A stretch of DNA of 64,000 bases from Victivallales bacterium (GTDB taxonomy: Bacteria > Verrucomicrobiota > Lentisphaeria > Victivallales > UBA1829), in assembly GCA_045589595.1 (NCBI GenBank), contig JAZNPK010000032.1:53475-117474 (forward strand). Reading direction: 5' to 3'. The notes beneath the pieces were generated by a model. The model was not told where the DNA came from, searched no databases, and worked only from the letters and a program-made list of their open reading frames with translations. The translations under genes were made by a program, and so were the position numbers. How positions within the stretch are numbered: the stretch's first letter is position 1; each line of letters opens with the position of its first letter. Below, piece by piece: positions 63,944 through 64,000 of the stretch.

Positions 63944-64000
63944 GTTTTTTCTCCTTGGAAGAGTTTTATGTTTTTTTGTTGATTTTGGATATTTATTTCG

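Noticed and set aside
60464-63982. 1172-aa plus-strand ORF, the longest in the track
   Set aside because: It is an antisense shadow. The translation is low-information (rich in F, G, H, D, A and V) with no motif. The minus strand holds four compact genes with clear Rossmann, APH-kinase, nucleotidyltransferase and ASKHA motifs.

Overview
Gene-dense, moderately GC-rich chromosomal segment from a Gram-negative-type bacterium (ExbB/ExbD/TonB, heptose-7-P kinase, many lipoproteins). The organism cannot be assigned from sequence alone. The gene content (Bacteroidetes/Chlamydia-style V-ATPase operon with a DUF2764-position gene, Bat-like aerotolerance proteins, LVIVD lipoproteins, ankyrin protein, BNR/sialidase-fold protein, NahK-like kinase) fits a host-associated anaerobe of the PVC/FCB type. 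Recognisable genes, in order:
- topA 3' end and a complete V-type ATPase operon (E, DUF2764-like, A, B, D, I, K)
- HDOD protein, RumA-type RNA methyltransferase, radC, acpS
- rpmF (missed by the ORF track), plsX, fabH, uvrA
- ldcA, Gfo/Idh/MocA oxidoreductase, a secreted ankyrin-repeat protein, an RdgC-like protein
- fused BatB/C-like and BatD/E-like proteins
- a gltS / asparaginase-like / Cys-less PurF-like operon
- hom, aspartate kinase, dCMP deaminase, two LVIVD lipoproteins, comM
- beta-lactamase-family hydrolase, M42 peptidase, holA, maf, heptose kinase, ROK kinase, exbB-exbD-tonB
- an epimerase / NahK-like kinase / nucleotidyltransferase / ROK-like kinase operon

I found no rRNA, tRNA, CRISPR array, transposase or integrase. 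Many very long ORFs in the track are antisense shadows of real genes.

The most unusual signal is non-coding. A roughly 220-nt element made of 6-7 hairpins occurs at five intergenic loci: 9.3 kb, 20.6 kb, 53.3 kb, and two tandem copies at 58.9-59.3 kb. Several stems show compensatory base changes between copies, and one hairpin differs completely in every copy. A tandem array of ~70-nt hairpin units sits next to the tandem copies. A second class of GC-rich branched elements (three hairpins inside a long closing stem) occurs at 23.1 kb and 48.3 kb. Other leads are a promoter-plus-terminator-bounded ~260-nt leader upstream of the V-ATPase operon, which carries Na+-type c-ring residues, and a PurF-like enzyme that lacks its N-terminal nucleophile Cys and is co-operonic with an asparaginase-like protein and a glutamate symporter.
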